Shown piece by piece: positions 55,351-64,000 of a stretch of DNA of 64,000 nt. The position numbers were made by a program, and so were the translations under genes. Under the pieces are notes generated by a model. That model was not told the DNA's origin. It ran no database searches and saw only the letters and a program-made list of their open reading frames with translations. How positions within the stretch are numbered: position 1 is the stretch's first letter; every line of letters starts with the position of its first letter. The stretch lies in NCBI RefSeq assembly GCF_053078305.1, contig NZ_CP166879.1; one strand, written 5' to 3'.

Positions 55351-56115
55351 TCAGAGTCGCTGTTTTTCAGCGATATGGTGCTGACAAGCGGTGATAAAGC
55401 CCTCGAACAATATACGCGAAAGCGCGTACTCGCTACTGTTCCATTCCGGGTGCCACTGTACGCCCAGCGCAAAAGGATGATTGATGACGCTAACCGCCTC
55501 AACTAAGCCATCCGGCGAGCGAGCTTCAACACGCAACCGTGGGCTAACGACCTTCGCCCCTTGTCCATGCAGAGAGTTTACCCAAAAGTTGCTACATTCA
55601 GGTAACAACGCAGACAGTAATCCCCCCTCTTCAACCTGAACTTCATGCGACGGTGCATATTGCTGTTCCACCGGCAGTTCGGGATCTTCCCGATGTTCCA
55701 GCAATTCAGGCTGTTCGCACAGCTTGCGATGCAACGAACCACCGGTTGCCACCACCAGTTCCTGTAAACCCCGGCAGATGGCGAAAATGGGGATGCGCCT
55801 TTCGAGTGCGGCATTAATTAACGCCATGCTCAGAAGATCACGCCCGGGATCGGCGTCAGGCTCATCGCCGTTTTCACCATATAGGTGCGGCTGCACATTG
55901 CTGGGACTACCAGGAAGATAAATGCCATCGAGTTTCGGCAAAAGTTGTTCAAGTAAGGACGGTTCCGCCAGCGCATGTGGCAGCGCAATTGGCAAGCCGC
56001 CTGCATGGATGATGGCATTCAGGTACTTTTCTTGCAGAGTCTGGGTCGCATGACCCTTAAGCCTGTTCCTGCACATTACGACACCGATAACCGGATTGTT
56101 CATTATATTTTCCAT
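55351..56115 (-). CDS. puuD: gamma-Glutamyl-GABA hydrolase (class I glutamine amidotransferase-like), 254 aa
   Basis: Catalytic Cys in FAICRG. Start at MENIMNN. Confidence 0.85.
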   Translation of the reverse strand: MENIMNNPVIGVVMCRNRLKGHATQTLQEKYLNAIIHAGGLPIALPHALAEPSLLEQLLPKLDGIYLPGSPSNVQPHLYGENGDEPDADPGRDLLSMALINAALERRIPIFAICRGLQELVVATGGSLHRKLCEQPELLEHREDPELPVEQQYAPSHEVQVEEGGLLSALLPECSNFWVNSLHGQGAKVVSPRLRVEARSPDGLVEAVSVINHPFALGVQWHPEWNSSEYALSRILFEGFITACQHHIAEKQRL

Positions 56116-56326
56116 GCTCAATCTCACAAAGTGGACTAAATTATCGCCATTACTGCGGTTTAAATGACCTTTATGTTCAATATTTTTTCAATCTAGCAGT
56201 GGGTTTTCATTTTTGCAAACTCAATTTAACATTTGACAAACATTTAGTTTGCATACAGATTCGAATGGTGGTCATTATATTTTACGCTTTGATAACGAGC
56301 GGAAAACAAACCAAAGGCGAAGAATC

Positions 56327-57745
56327 ATGGAAACCAATATCGTTGAAGTAGAGAACTTTGTTCAGCAGTCAGAAGAGAGGCGGGGTAGCGCCTTTACGCA
56401 GGAAGTGAAACGCTACCTGGAGCGCTACCCGAATACGCAATATGTTGATGTTTTACTTACCGATTTGAATGGTTGCTTCCGTGGAAAACGTATTCCTGTT
56501 TCAAGCCTGAAGAAGCTCGAGAAAGGGTGTTATTTCCCGGCCTCGGTATTTGCAATGGATATTCTGGGCAACGTAGTAGAAGAAGCAGGTCTGGGTCAGG
56601 AAATGGGCGAGCCGGATCGTACCTGTGTTCCTGTTCTCGGTTCCTTAACCCCTTCTGCCGCCGATCCAGAGTTTATCGGTCAGATGCTCCTGACCATGGT
56701 CGATGAAGATGGCGCTCCCTTTGACGTTGAGCCGCGGAACGTTCTTAACCGCCTGTGGCAGCAGCTGCGCCAGCGCGGATTGTTCCCGGTCGTAGCGGTA
56801 GAGCTGGAGTTCTATTTACTGGATCGTCAGCGCGACGCTGAAGGGTATCTGCAACCGCCCTGCGCACCCGGCACCGATGACCGCAATACACAAAGCCAGG
56901 TTTACTCGGTTGATAACCTCAACCACTTCGCCGATGTGCTCAATGATATTGATGAACTGGCACAGTTACAGCTGATTCCGGCAGATGGCGCGGTCGCTGA
57001 GGCCTCGCCGGGTCAGTTTGAAATCAATCTTTACCATACCGATAACGTGCTGAAAGCCTGCGATGATGCGCTGGCACTAAAACGCCTGGTGCGTCTGATG
57101 GCAGAAAAGCATAAGATGCACGCCACTTTTATGGCGAAGCCGTATGAAGAGCACGCGGGCAGCGGGATGCATATCCATATCAGTATGCAAAATAATCGTG
57201 GCGAGAACGTGCTTTCTGACGCGGAAGGCGAAGATTCGCCGCTGCTGAAAAAAATGCTCGCCGGAATGATCGATCTGATGCCGTCATCAATGGCGTTGCT
57301 GGCACCAAACGTGAACTCGTATCGCCGCTTCCAGCCGGGGATGTATGTACCGACGCAGGCGTCGTGGGGCCATAATAACCGTACCGTCGCCCTGCGTATT
57401 CCATGCGGCGATCGTCATAATCACCGCGTGGAATATCGCGTGGCGGGCGCCGATGCCAACCCATATCTGGTGATGGCAGCGATTTTTGCCGGTATTTTGC
57501 ATGGCCTTGATAACGAGCTGCCGTTGCAGGAAGAAGTCGAAGGTAACGGGCTAGAACAGGAAGGCTTACCCTTCCCGATTCGCCAGAGCGATGCCCTGGG
57601 TGAGTTTATCGAGAATGATCACCTGCGCCGCTATTTAGGCGAACGGTTTTGCCATGTCTATCACGCCTGTAAAAATGATGAGCTGTTGCAGTTTGAGCGC
57701 CTCATCACAGAAACAGAAATTGAGTGGATGTTGAAAAACGCGTAA
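56327..57745 (+). CDS. puuA: Glutamate-putrescine ligase (glutamine synthetase family), 472 aa
   Basis: Glutamine-synthetase catalytic-domain sequence. Start at METNIVEVEN. Confidence 0.85.
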   Translation: METNIVEVENFVQQSEERRGSAFTQEVKRYLERYPNTQYVDVLLTDLNGCFRGKRIPVSSLKKLEKGCYFPASVFAMDILGNVVEEAGLGQEMGEPDRTCVPVLGSLTPSAADPEFIGQMLLTMVDEDGAPFDVEPRNVLNRLWQQLRQRGLFPVVAVELEFYLLDRQRDAEGYLQPPCAPGTDDRNTQSQVYSVDNLNHFADVLNDIDELAQLQLIPADGAVAEASPGQFEINLYHTDNVLKACDDALALKRLVRLMAEKHKMHATFMAKPYEEHAGSGMHIHISMQNNRGENVLSDAEGEDSPLLKKMLAGMIDLMPSSMALLAPNVNSYRRFQPGMYVPTQASWGHNNRTVALRIPCGDRHNHRVEYRVAGADANPYLVMAAIFAGILHGLDNELPLQEEVEGNGLEQEGLPFPIRQSDALGEFIENDHLRRYLGERFCHVYHACKNDELLQFERLITETEIEWMLKNA

Positions 57746-57746
57746 T

Positions 57747-57767
57747 ACCCCTTGCGGGGTTGTTTCA
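57747..57767 (+). terminator. Candidate intrinsic terminator after puuA
   Basis: Hairpin cccc-ttgc-gggg followed by ttgtttc. Confidence 0.45.
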
Positions 57768-58047
57768 TCGGCCTGAGCGGAGCCAGGCCTGACATTTGCT
57801 GGTAATCCAGACATTTTCCGGATGTCGCGTTATGGAGCGCAGGCGGCAACGGGCTTCCGTTAACGATTAAGACTGTGACGAGGAAATGAGATGATGCCGA
57901 TGATTAAATCCCCGCATGGCGAGGGAGGCTGCGTATGCGCCCCTCCTGCGACTGACTGGACTCCGCCCCCTTTGCTTCCCTTGCTAAACAGGTTTGATTT
58001 CAGGTCGACACGACCGCAAACCTTATTACGCAGGGGAGGCAGCAATT

Positions 58048-59433
58048 ATGGCTATTAATTCACCACTGAATATTGCTGCGCAACCCGGCAAAACCCGTCT
58101 GCGAAAATCACTGAAATTGTGGCAGGTGGTAATGATGGGTCTGGCCTATCTCACGCCGATGACTGTGTTCGATACTTTTGGCATTGTGTCAGGCATTAGC
58201 GACGGTCACGTTCCGGCGTCCTATTTGCTGGCGCTGGCGGGCGTGCTGTTTACCGCTATCAGCTACGGCAAACTGGTTCGCCAGTTTCCGGAGGCCGGTT
58301 CGGCCTATACCTACGCGCAAAAGTCGATTAACCCGCACGTCGGATTTATGGTCGGCTGGTCATCACTGCTGGATTATCTCTTTTTGCCGATGATCAACGT
58401 TTTGTTGGCGAAAATCTATCTCTCCGCCCTCTTCCCGGAAGTGCCGCCGTGGGTGTGGGTGGTAACCTTCGTCGCCATTTTAACCGCCGCGAATCTGAAG
58501 AGCGTCAACCTGGTCGCTAACTTCAATACCCTGTTTGTACTGGTGCAAATCTCCATCATGGTGGTGTTTATCTTCCTGGTGGTTCAGGGACTGCATAAAG
58601 GAGAAGGCGTTGGCACCGTCTGGTCACTTCAGCCGTTTATCAGCGAGAACGCGCACCTGATCCCGATTATTACCGGGGCGACGATTGTCTGTTTCTCGTT
58701 CCTCGGTTTCGATGCGGTGACCACGCTTTCGGAAGAGACGCCGGACGCCGCACGCGTGATCCCGAAAGCCATCTTCCTGACGGCGGTATACGGCGGCGTT
58801 ATCTTTATCGCTGCGTCGTTCTTTATGCAGCTGTTCTTTCCTGATATCAGCCGCTTTAAAGACCCGGACGCCGCACTGCCTGAAATTGCGCTGTACGTCG
58901 GCGGCAAGCTCTTCCAGTCGATTTTCCTCTGCACCACATTTGTGAACACATTGGCGTCTGGCCTGGCATCACATGCCAGCGTGTCGCGTCTGCTGTATGT
59001 GATGGGGCGTGACAATGTGTTTCCGGAGCGCGTGTTTGGCTATGTGCACCCAAAATGGCGGACTCCGGCACTGAACGTCATTATGGTCGGGATTGTCGCG
59101 ATGTCGGCATTGTTCTTTGATTTAGTCACCGCGACAGCATTGATTAACTTCGGTGCTCTGGTGGCGTTTACCTTCGTGAATCTGTCGGTGTTTAATCATT
59201 TCTGGCGGCGCAAAGGAATGAATAAAAGCTGGAAGGAACACTTCCACTATTTATTAATGCCGCTGGTTGGCGCGCTGACGGTGGGTGTGCTGTGGGTTAA
59301 CCTCGAGTCAACGTCACTGACACTCGGTCTGGTATGGGCTTCGTTAGGCGGCGCATATTTGTGGTATCTGATCCGCCGCTATCGCAAAGTGCCGCTGTAC
59401 GAAGGTGACAGAACGCCGGTGAGCGAAACGTAA
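58048..59433 (+). CDS. puuP: Putrescine importer PuuP (APC superfamily), 461 aa
   Basis: Twelve predicted transmembrane segments. Start at [12 protein letters not shown]. Confidence 0.85.
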   Translation: MAINSPLNIAAQPGKTRLRKSLKLWQVVMMGLAYLTPMTVFDTFGIVSGISDGHVPASYLLALAGVLFTAISYGKLVRQFPEAGSAYTYAQKSINPHVGFMVGWSSLLDYLFLPMINVLLAKIYLSALFPEVPPWVWVVTFVAILTAANLKSVNLVANFNTLFVLVQISIMVVFIFLVVQGLHKGEGVGTVWSLQPFISENAHLIPIITGATIVCFSFLGFDAVTTLSEETPDAARVIPKAIFLTAVYGGVIFIAASFFMQLFFPDISRFKDPDAALPEIALYVGGKLFQSIFLCTTFVNTLASGLASHASVSRLLYVMGRDNVFPERVFGYVHPKWRTPALNVIMVGIVAMSALFFDLVTATALINFGALVAFTFVNLSVFNHFWRRKGMNKSWKEHFHYLLMPLVGALTVGVLWVNLESTSLTLGLVWASLGGAYLWYLIRRYRKVPLYEGDRTPVSET

Positions 59434-59566
59434 TAGTCGGATGCGCGGCGCATTATCCTGCCTGAGGGTAATGCACCGCGCCATTAACTATAAAAAGATG
59501 TATGACCCGGATCACGAGTGCTATCATCCGCCCTTATGCTTAGCGCATTAACCCCAGGGGCAAATA

Positions 59567-59812
59567 ATGAACCACGATATCCCGCTAAAATATTTTGATA
59601 TTGCCGATGAGTACGCGACCGAATGCGCAGAGCCTGTCGCAGACGCTGAACGCACACCGCTGGCCCACTACTTCCAATTACTGCTCACCCGTTTGATGAA
59701 CAATGAAGAGATCAGCGAAGAAGCCCAACATGAAATGGCTGCTGAAGCGGGGATTAATCCCGTACGCATTGATGAGATCGCAGAGTTTTTGAATCAATGG
59801 GGTAATGAGTAA
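59567..59812 (+). CDS. ymjA: Small protein YmjA (DUF2543), 81 aa
   Basis: ORF of the expected length and position between puuP and sapA. Confidence 0.8.
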   Translation: MNHDIPLKYFDIADEYATECAEPVADAERTPLAHYFQLLLTRLMNNEEISEEAQHEMAAEAGINPVRIDEIAEFLNQWGNE

Positions 59813-59988
59813 TTATTTAATTGCAGACGATCGGTCAGTATCGTTGCCCGGATAAAGCGTTCACTCTGCATCCGGTTAAAATGACACGCATTGCAGCGTG
59901 CTTTAATGGGTTTCTCACGATCGTACCGCTCTGCTCCTCGCTAAGTTGTTCTGTGAGTTATAGTTATAGAGAAATCACGGGTACGAAT

Positions 59989-60019
59989 GTTGAACAGATG
60001 GCGACGCCATCTGTTCAAC
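59989..60019. other. Near-perfect 31-bp palindrome (15-bp arms, 1-nt centre) upstream of sapA
   Basis: gttgaacagatggcg-a-cgccatctgttcaac; only the central base breaks dyad symmetry. It lies about 105 bp upstream of the sapA ATG and has no U-run after it. Confidence 0.5.
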
Positions 60020-60123
60020 GACCAACCACACGGCCCTCATTACGACCCCTGAACACAAACGGTAATGGCAAATGTCATTAAATATTAGTAAGATAGCCTC
60101 TTTACATAAAATCCCTTAATATT

Positions 60124-61767
60124 ATGCGCCAGGTATTATCGTCTCTTTTGGTGATTGCTGGACTTGTGAGTGGTCAGGCAATCGCCGCGCCTGAATCCCC
60201 CCCGCATGCTGATATCCGCGACAGCGGTTTTGTCTATTGCGTCAGCGGGCAAGTCAACACCTTTAACCCATCCAAAGCGAGCAGTGGGTTAATTGTCGAT
60301 ACCCTTGCCGCCCAGTTTTATGATCGACTGCTGGATGTCGATCCCTATACCTATCGCCTGATGCCAGAACTTGCCGAAAGCTGGGAAGTACTCGACAACG
60401 GCGCGACCTATCGCTTCCACCTGCGTCGCGATGTCCCGTTTCAAAAAACCGCCTGGTTTACTCCCACTCGCAAAATGAATGCCGACGATGTGGTGTTTAC
60501 CTTCCAGCGAATTTTTGACCGCAACAACCCGTGGCATAACGTCAACGGCAGCAACTTCCCCTACTTCGACAGCCTGCAATTTGCCGATAACGTGAAAAGC
60601 GTCCGTAAACTGGATAATCATACCGTTGAGTTCCGTCTGGCTCAGCCGGATGCTTCTTTTTTGTGGCACCTCGCAACCCATTATGCTTCGGTCATGTCGG
60701 CAGAATATGCCCGGAAGTTAGAGAAAGAAGATCGCCAGGAGCAACTCGACCGTCAACCGGTCGGCACTGGACCGTATCAGTTGTCGGAATACCGCGCCGG
60801 GCAATTTATTCGCCTACAACGTCATGATGACTTCTGGCGCGGTAAACCGTTAATGCCGCAGGTGGTGGTGGATTTAGGCTCCGGCGGCACCGGACGTCTG
60901 TCGAAACTCCTGACCGGGGAATGCGACGTTCTGGCCTGGCCTGCTGCCAGCCAGCTATCCATTTTGCGTGACGACCCGCGCTTGCGTTTAACGCTGCGTC
61001 CTGGGATGAACGTCGCCTATCTGGCATTTAACACCGCCAAACCGCCACTAAATAATCCCGCTGTCCGCCATGCACTTGCACTGGCGATTAATAACCAGCG
61101 CCTGATGCAATCCATCTATTATGGTACGGCTGAAACGGCGGCCTCTATTTTACCGCGCGCCTCGTGGGCCTATGACAACGAGGCTAAAATTACTGAATAC
61201 AATCCGGCGAAATCGCGCGAACAGTTGAAGTCGTTGGGGCTGGAAAATTTAACGCTGAAACTGTGGGTGCCCACACGTTCGCAGGCGTGGAACCCCAGTC
61301 CACTGAAAACTGCCGAACTGATTCAGGCGGATATGGCGCAGGTTGGCGTAAAAGTGGTGATTGTGCCGGTAGAAGGTCGCTTTCAGGAGGCGCGGTTGAT
61401 GGATATGAGCCATGATCTGACGTTATCCGGTTGGGCGACGGACAGTAACGACCCGGACAGTTTCTTCCGTCCGTTACTGAGCTGCGCGGCAATTCATTCA
61501 CAGACCAACCTCGCCCACTGGTGCGATCCGAAATTCGACAGCGTGTTGCGTAAGGCGCTCTCCTCGCAGCAGCTGGCGGCGCGTATTGAAGCCTATGACG
61601 AAGCGCAGAGTATTCTGGCGCAGGAATTGCCCATTTTGCCGCTGGCGTCGTCATTGCGTTTGCAGGCCTATCGGTACGATATCAAAGGTCTGGTACTTAG
61701 CCCGTTTGGTAACGCCTCCTTTGCTGGGGTGTATCGCGAGAAACAGGATGAGGTGAAAAAACCATGA
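60124..61767 (+). CDS. sapA: Periplasmic peptide-binding protein SapA (SBP family 5), 547 aa
   Basis: Signal peptide followed by a DppA/OppA-like fold. Confidence 0.9.
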   Translation: MRQVLSSLLVIAGLVSGQAIAAPESPPHADIRDSGFVYCVSGQVNTFNPSKASSGLIVDTLAAQFYDRLLDVDPYTYRLMPELAESWEVLDNGATYRFHLRRDVPFQKTAWFTPTRKMNADDVVFTFQRIFDRNNPWHNVNGSNFPYFDSLQFADNVKSVRKLDNHTVEFRLAQPDASFLWHLATHYASVMSAEYARKLEKEDRQEQLDRQPVGTGPYQLSEYRAGQFIRLQRHDDFWRGKPLMPQVVVDLGSGGTGRLSKLLTGECDVLAWPAASQLSILRDDPRLRLTLRPGMNVAYLAFNTAKPPLNNPAVRHALALAINNQRLMQSIYYGTAETAASILPRASWAYDNEAKITEYNPAKSREQLKSLGLENLTLKLWVPTRSQAWNPSPLKTAELIQADMAQVGVKVVIVPVEGRFQEARLMDMSHDLTLSGWATDSNDPDSFFRPLLSCAAIHSQTNLAHWCDPKFDSVLRKALSSQQLAARIEAYDEAQSILAQELPILPLASSLRLQAYRYDIKGLVLSPFGNASFAGVYREKQDEVKKP

Positions 61768-62729
61768 TTATCTTCACCTTACGCCGCATTTTGTTATTGA
61801 TTGTCACCTTGTTCCTGCTGACCTTCGTTGGCTTCAGCTTGAGCTATTTCACTCCACACGCGCCGTTACAAGGCGCGTCACTGTGGAATGCCTGGGTGTT
61901 CTGGTTTAATGGCCTGATCCACTGGGATTTTGGTGTTTCCAGCATTAACGGTCAACCAATTGCCGAACAGTTAAAAGAGGTCTTCCCGGCGACGATGGAA
62001 CTGTGCATCCTCGCCTTCGGTTTTGCGCTGATTGTTGGCATCCCCGTGGGGATGATTGCCGGGATTACGCGCCATAAGTGGCAGGATAACTTGATCAACG
62101 CCATCGCCTTGCTGGGCTTCTCAATCCCGGTGTTCTGGCTGGCGCTTCTGTTGACGCTGTTTTGTTCACTCACGCTAGGTTGGTTGCCCGTTTCAGGGCG
62201 TTTCGATCTGCTCTACGAAGTGAAACCGATTACCGGTTTTGCGTTGATTGATGCCTGGCTTTCGGACTCACCATGGCGGGATGAAATGATCATGAGCGCA
62301 ATCCGCCATATGATATTGCCCGTGATCACCCTGTCGGTTGCGCCAACAACTGAAGTGATCCGCCTGATGCGTATCAGCACTATCGAAGTGTATGACCAGA
62401 ACTATGTAAAAGCAGCGGCGACCCGCGGTTTGTCGCGCTTTACTATTTTGCGTCGCCACGTTCTGCATAACGCGTTACCGCCGGTTATTCCTCGCCTGGG
62501 CTTACAGTTTTCCACCATGCTGACGCTGGCGATGATCACCGAAATGGTTTTTAGCTGGCCGGGTTTAGGGCGCTGGTTAATTAACGCCATCCGCCAGCAG
62601 GATTACGCAGCCATTTCCGCCGGAGTGATGGTGTGTGGCTCACTGGTCATTATTGTTAACGTGATTTCTGATATTTTGGGTGCCATGGCTAACCCTCTGA
62701 AACATAAGGAATGGTATGCCTTACGATAG
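61764..62729 (+). CDS. sapB: ABC permease SapB, 321 aa
   Basis: DppB-like permease. ATGA overlap with sapA. Confidence 0.9.
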
Positions 62730-63606
62730 CGTATACAGCGAAAAGCGCCCGCCGGGCACGCTGCGTACCGCCTGGCGCAAATTTTATAGTGACGCCTCTG
62801 CGATGGTCGGCCTGTACGGCTGCGCGGGGCTGGCTGTACTGTGTATTTTTGGCGGCTGGTTTGCGCCTTACGGCATCGACCAGCAATTTCTCGGTTATCA
62901 ATTATTGCCGCCATCATGGTCGCGCTATGGCGAAGTTTCTTTCTTCCTGGGGACTGACGACCTCGGACGCGATGTTTTAAGCCGTTTACTGAGCGGAGCT
63001 GCGCCAACCGTGGGTGGCGCATTTGTGGTGACACTTGCCGCGACGATCTGTGGCCTGGTACTGGGCACCTTCGCCGGGGCGACACACGGCCTCCGCTCAG
63101 CGGTGCTTAACCATATTCTGGATACCTTACTGGCGATCCCTTCGCTGCTGCTGGCAATTATCGTTGTAGCGTTTGCCGGACCGAGTTTGTCCCACGCCAT
63201 GTTTGCTGTCTGGCTGGCATTGCTGCCGCGTATGGTACGTTCGATTTACAGCATGGTGCATGACGAACTGGAAAAAGAGTACGTTATCGCCGCCCGTCTG
63301 GATGGCGCATCAACGCTGAATATTCTCTGGTTTGCTGTGATGCCTAACATCACCGCCGGGCTGGTCACCGAGATCACTCGCGCACTGTCGATGGCAATTC
63401 TCGATATCGCCGCGCTGGGCTTTCTCGATCTTGGCGCACAACTCCCCTCGCCTGAATGGGGAGCAATGCTCGGTGATGCGCTGGAACTGATTTATGTCGC
63501 CCCGTGGACTGTCATGCTGCCTGGTGCGGCAATTATGATTAGCGTGCTGTTGGTTAACCTCCTTGGCGACGGTGTCCGTCGTGCAATTATTGCGGGGGTG
63601 GAATAA
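62716..63606 (+). CDS. sapC: ABC permease SapC, 296 aa
   Basis: DppC-like permease. Overlaps sapB. Confidence 0.9.
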
Positions 63607-64000
63607 TGCCATTACTTGATATTCGTAACCTGACCATTGAATTTAAAACCGGGGATGAGTGGGTTAAAGCCGTTGACCGGGTAAGTATGACCTTAACCGA
63701 AGGTGAAATCCGCGGTCTTGTTGGCGAATCCGGTTCCGGCAAAAGTTTGATTGCGAAAGCAATTTGTGGGGTGAATAAAGATAACTGGCGTGTTACTGCT
63801 GACCGTATGCGTTTTGATGATATCGATTTGCTGCGTCTCTCCGCACGCGAACGGCGCAAACTGGTTGGCCACAACGTGTCGATGATTTTCCAGGAACCGC
63901 AGTCGTGTCTTGACCCTTCAGAACGTGTGGGTCGCCAGTTGATGCAAAACATCCCAGCCTGGACCTATAAAGGCCGTTGGTGGCAGCGTTTTGGCTGGCG
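63606..64000 (+). CDS. sapD: ABC ATPase SapD, N-terminal ~131 codons; continues beyond the window
   Basis: ATG overlaps the sapC stop (TAATG). [13 protein letters not shown]... with Walker A GESGSGKS. The frame is still open at the window end. Confidence 0.85.

Noticed and set aside
59821-60081. 86-aa plus-strand ORF in the ymjA-sapA intergenic region
   Set aside because: No Shine-Dalgarno sequence and low-complexity composition. It spans a REP-like element and the 31-bp palindrome, so the region looks regulatory, not coding.

Overview
This window reads as ordinary Escherichia coli chromosomal backbone, not an accessory island, and I found no convincing previously undescribed system in it. 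Gene identities rest on recognising the translated ORFs and on K-12 protein lengths and gene order recalled from memory; nothing was searched against a database. The gene order corresponds, in reverse orientation, to the K-12 interval ydbK to sapD: ydbK(partial)-micC-ompN-uspF-ttcA-dbpA-fnrS-zntB-dgcM-smrA-mcaS-abgRABT-ogt-fnr-uspE-ynaJ-ynaI-mppA-pgrR-ycjY-(second hydrolase)-ymjC-mpaA-ycjG-tpx-tyrR-ycjF-ycjX-ycjW-ompG-ycjVUTSRQPONM-pspEDCBA-pspF-puuEBCRD-puuAP-ymjA-sapABC-sapD(partial). Compared with K-12 as I recall it, the Rac prophage next to ttcA and the IS5 between ynaJ and ynaI are absent, ycjV is intact, and a second hydrolase gene follows ycjY. Three small RNAs (micC, fnrS, mcaS) match sequences I recall, and several regulatory sites and REP elements are visible. 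The observations most worth a second look are a 57-codon proline-rich ORF immediately upstream of dbpA, the tandem Cys-type hydrolase pair with a G8 tract at the catalytic motif, a ~35-nt motif shared upstream of mppA and mpaA, and a near-perfect 31-bp palindrome upstream of sapA.
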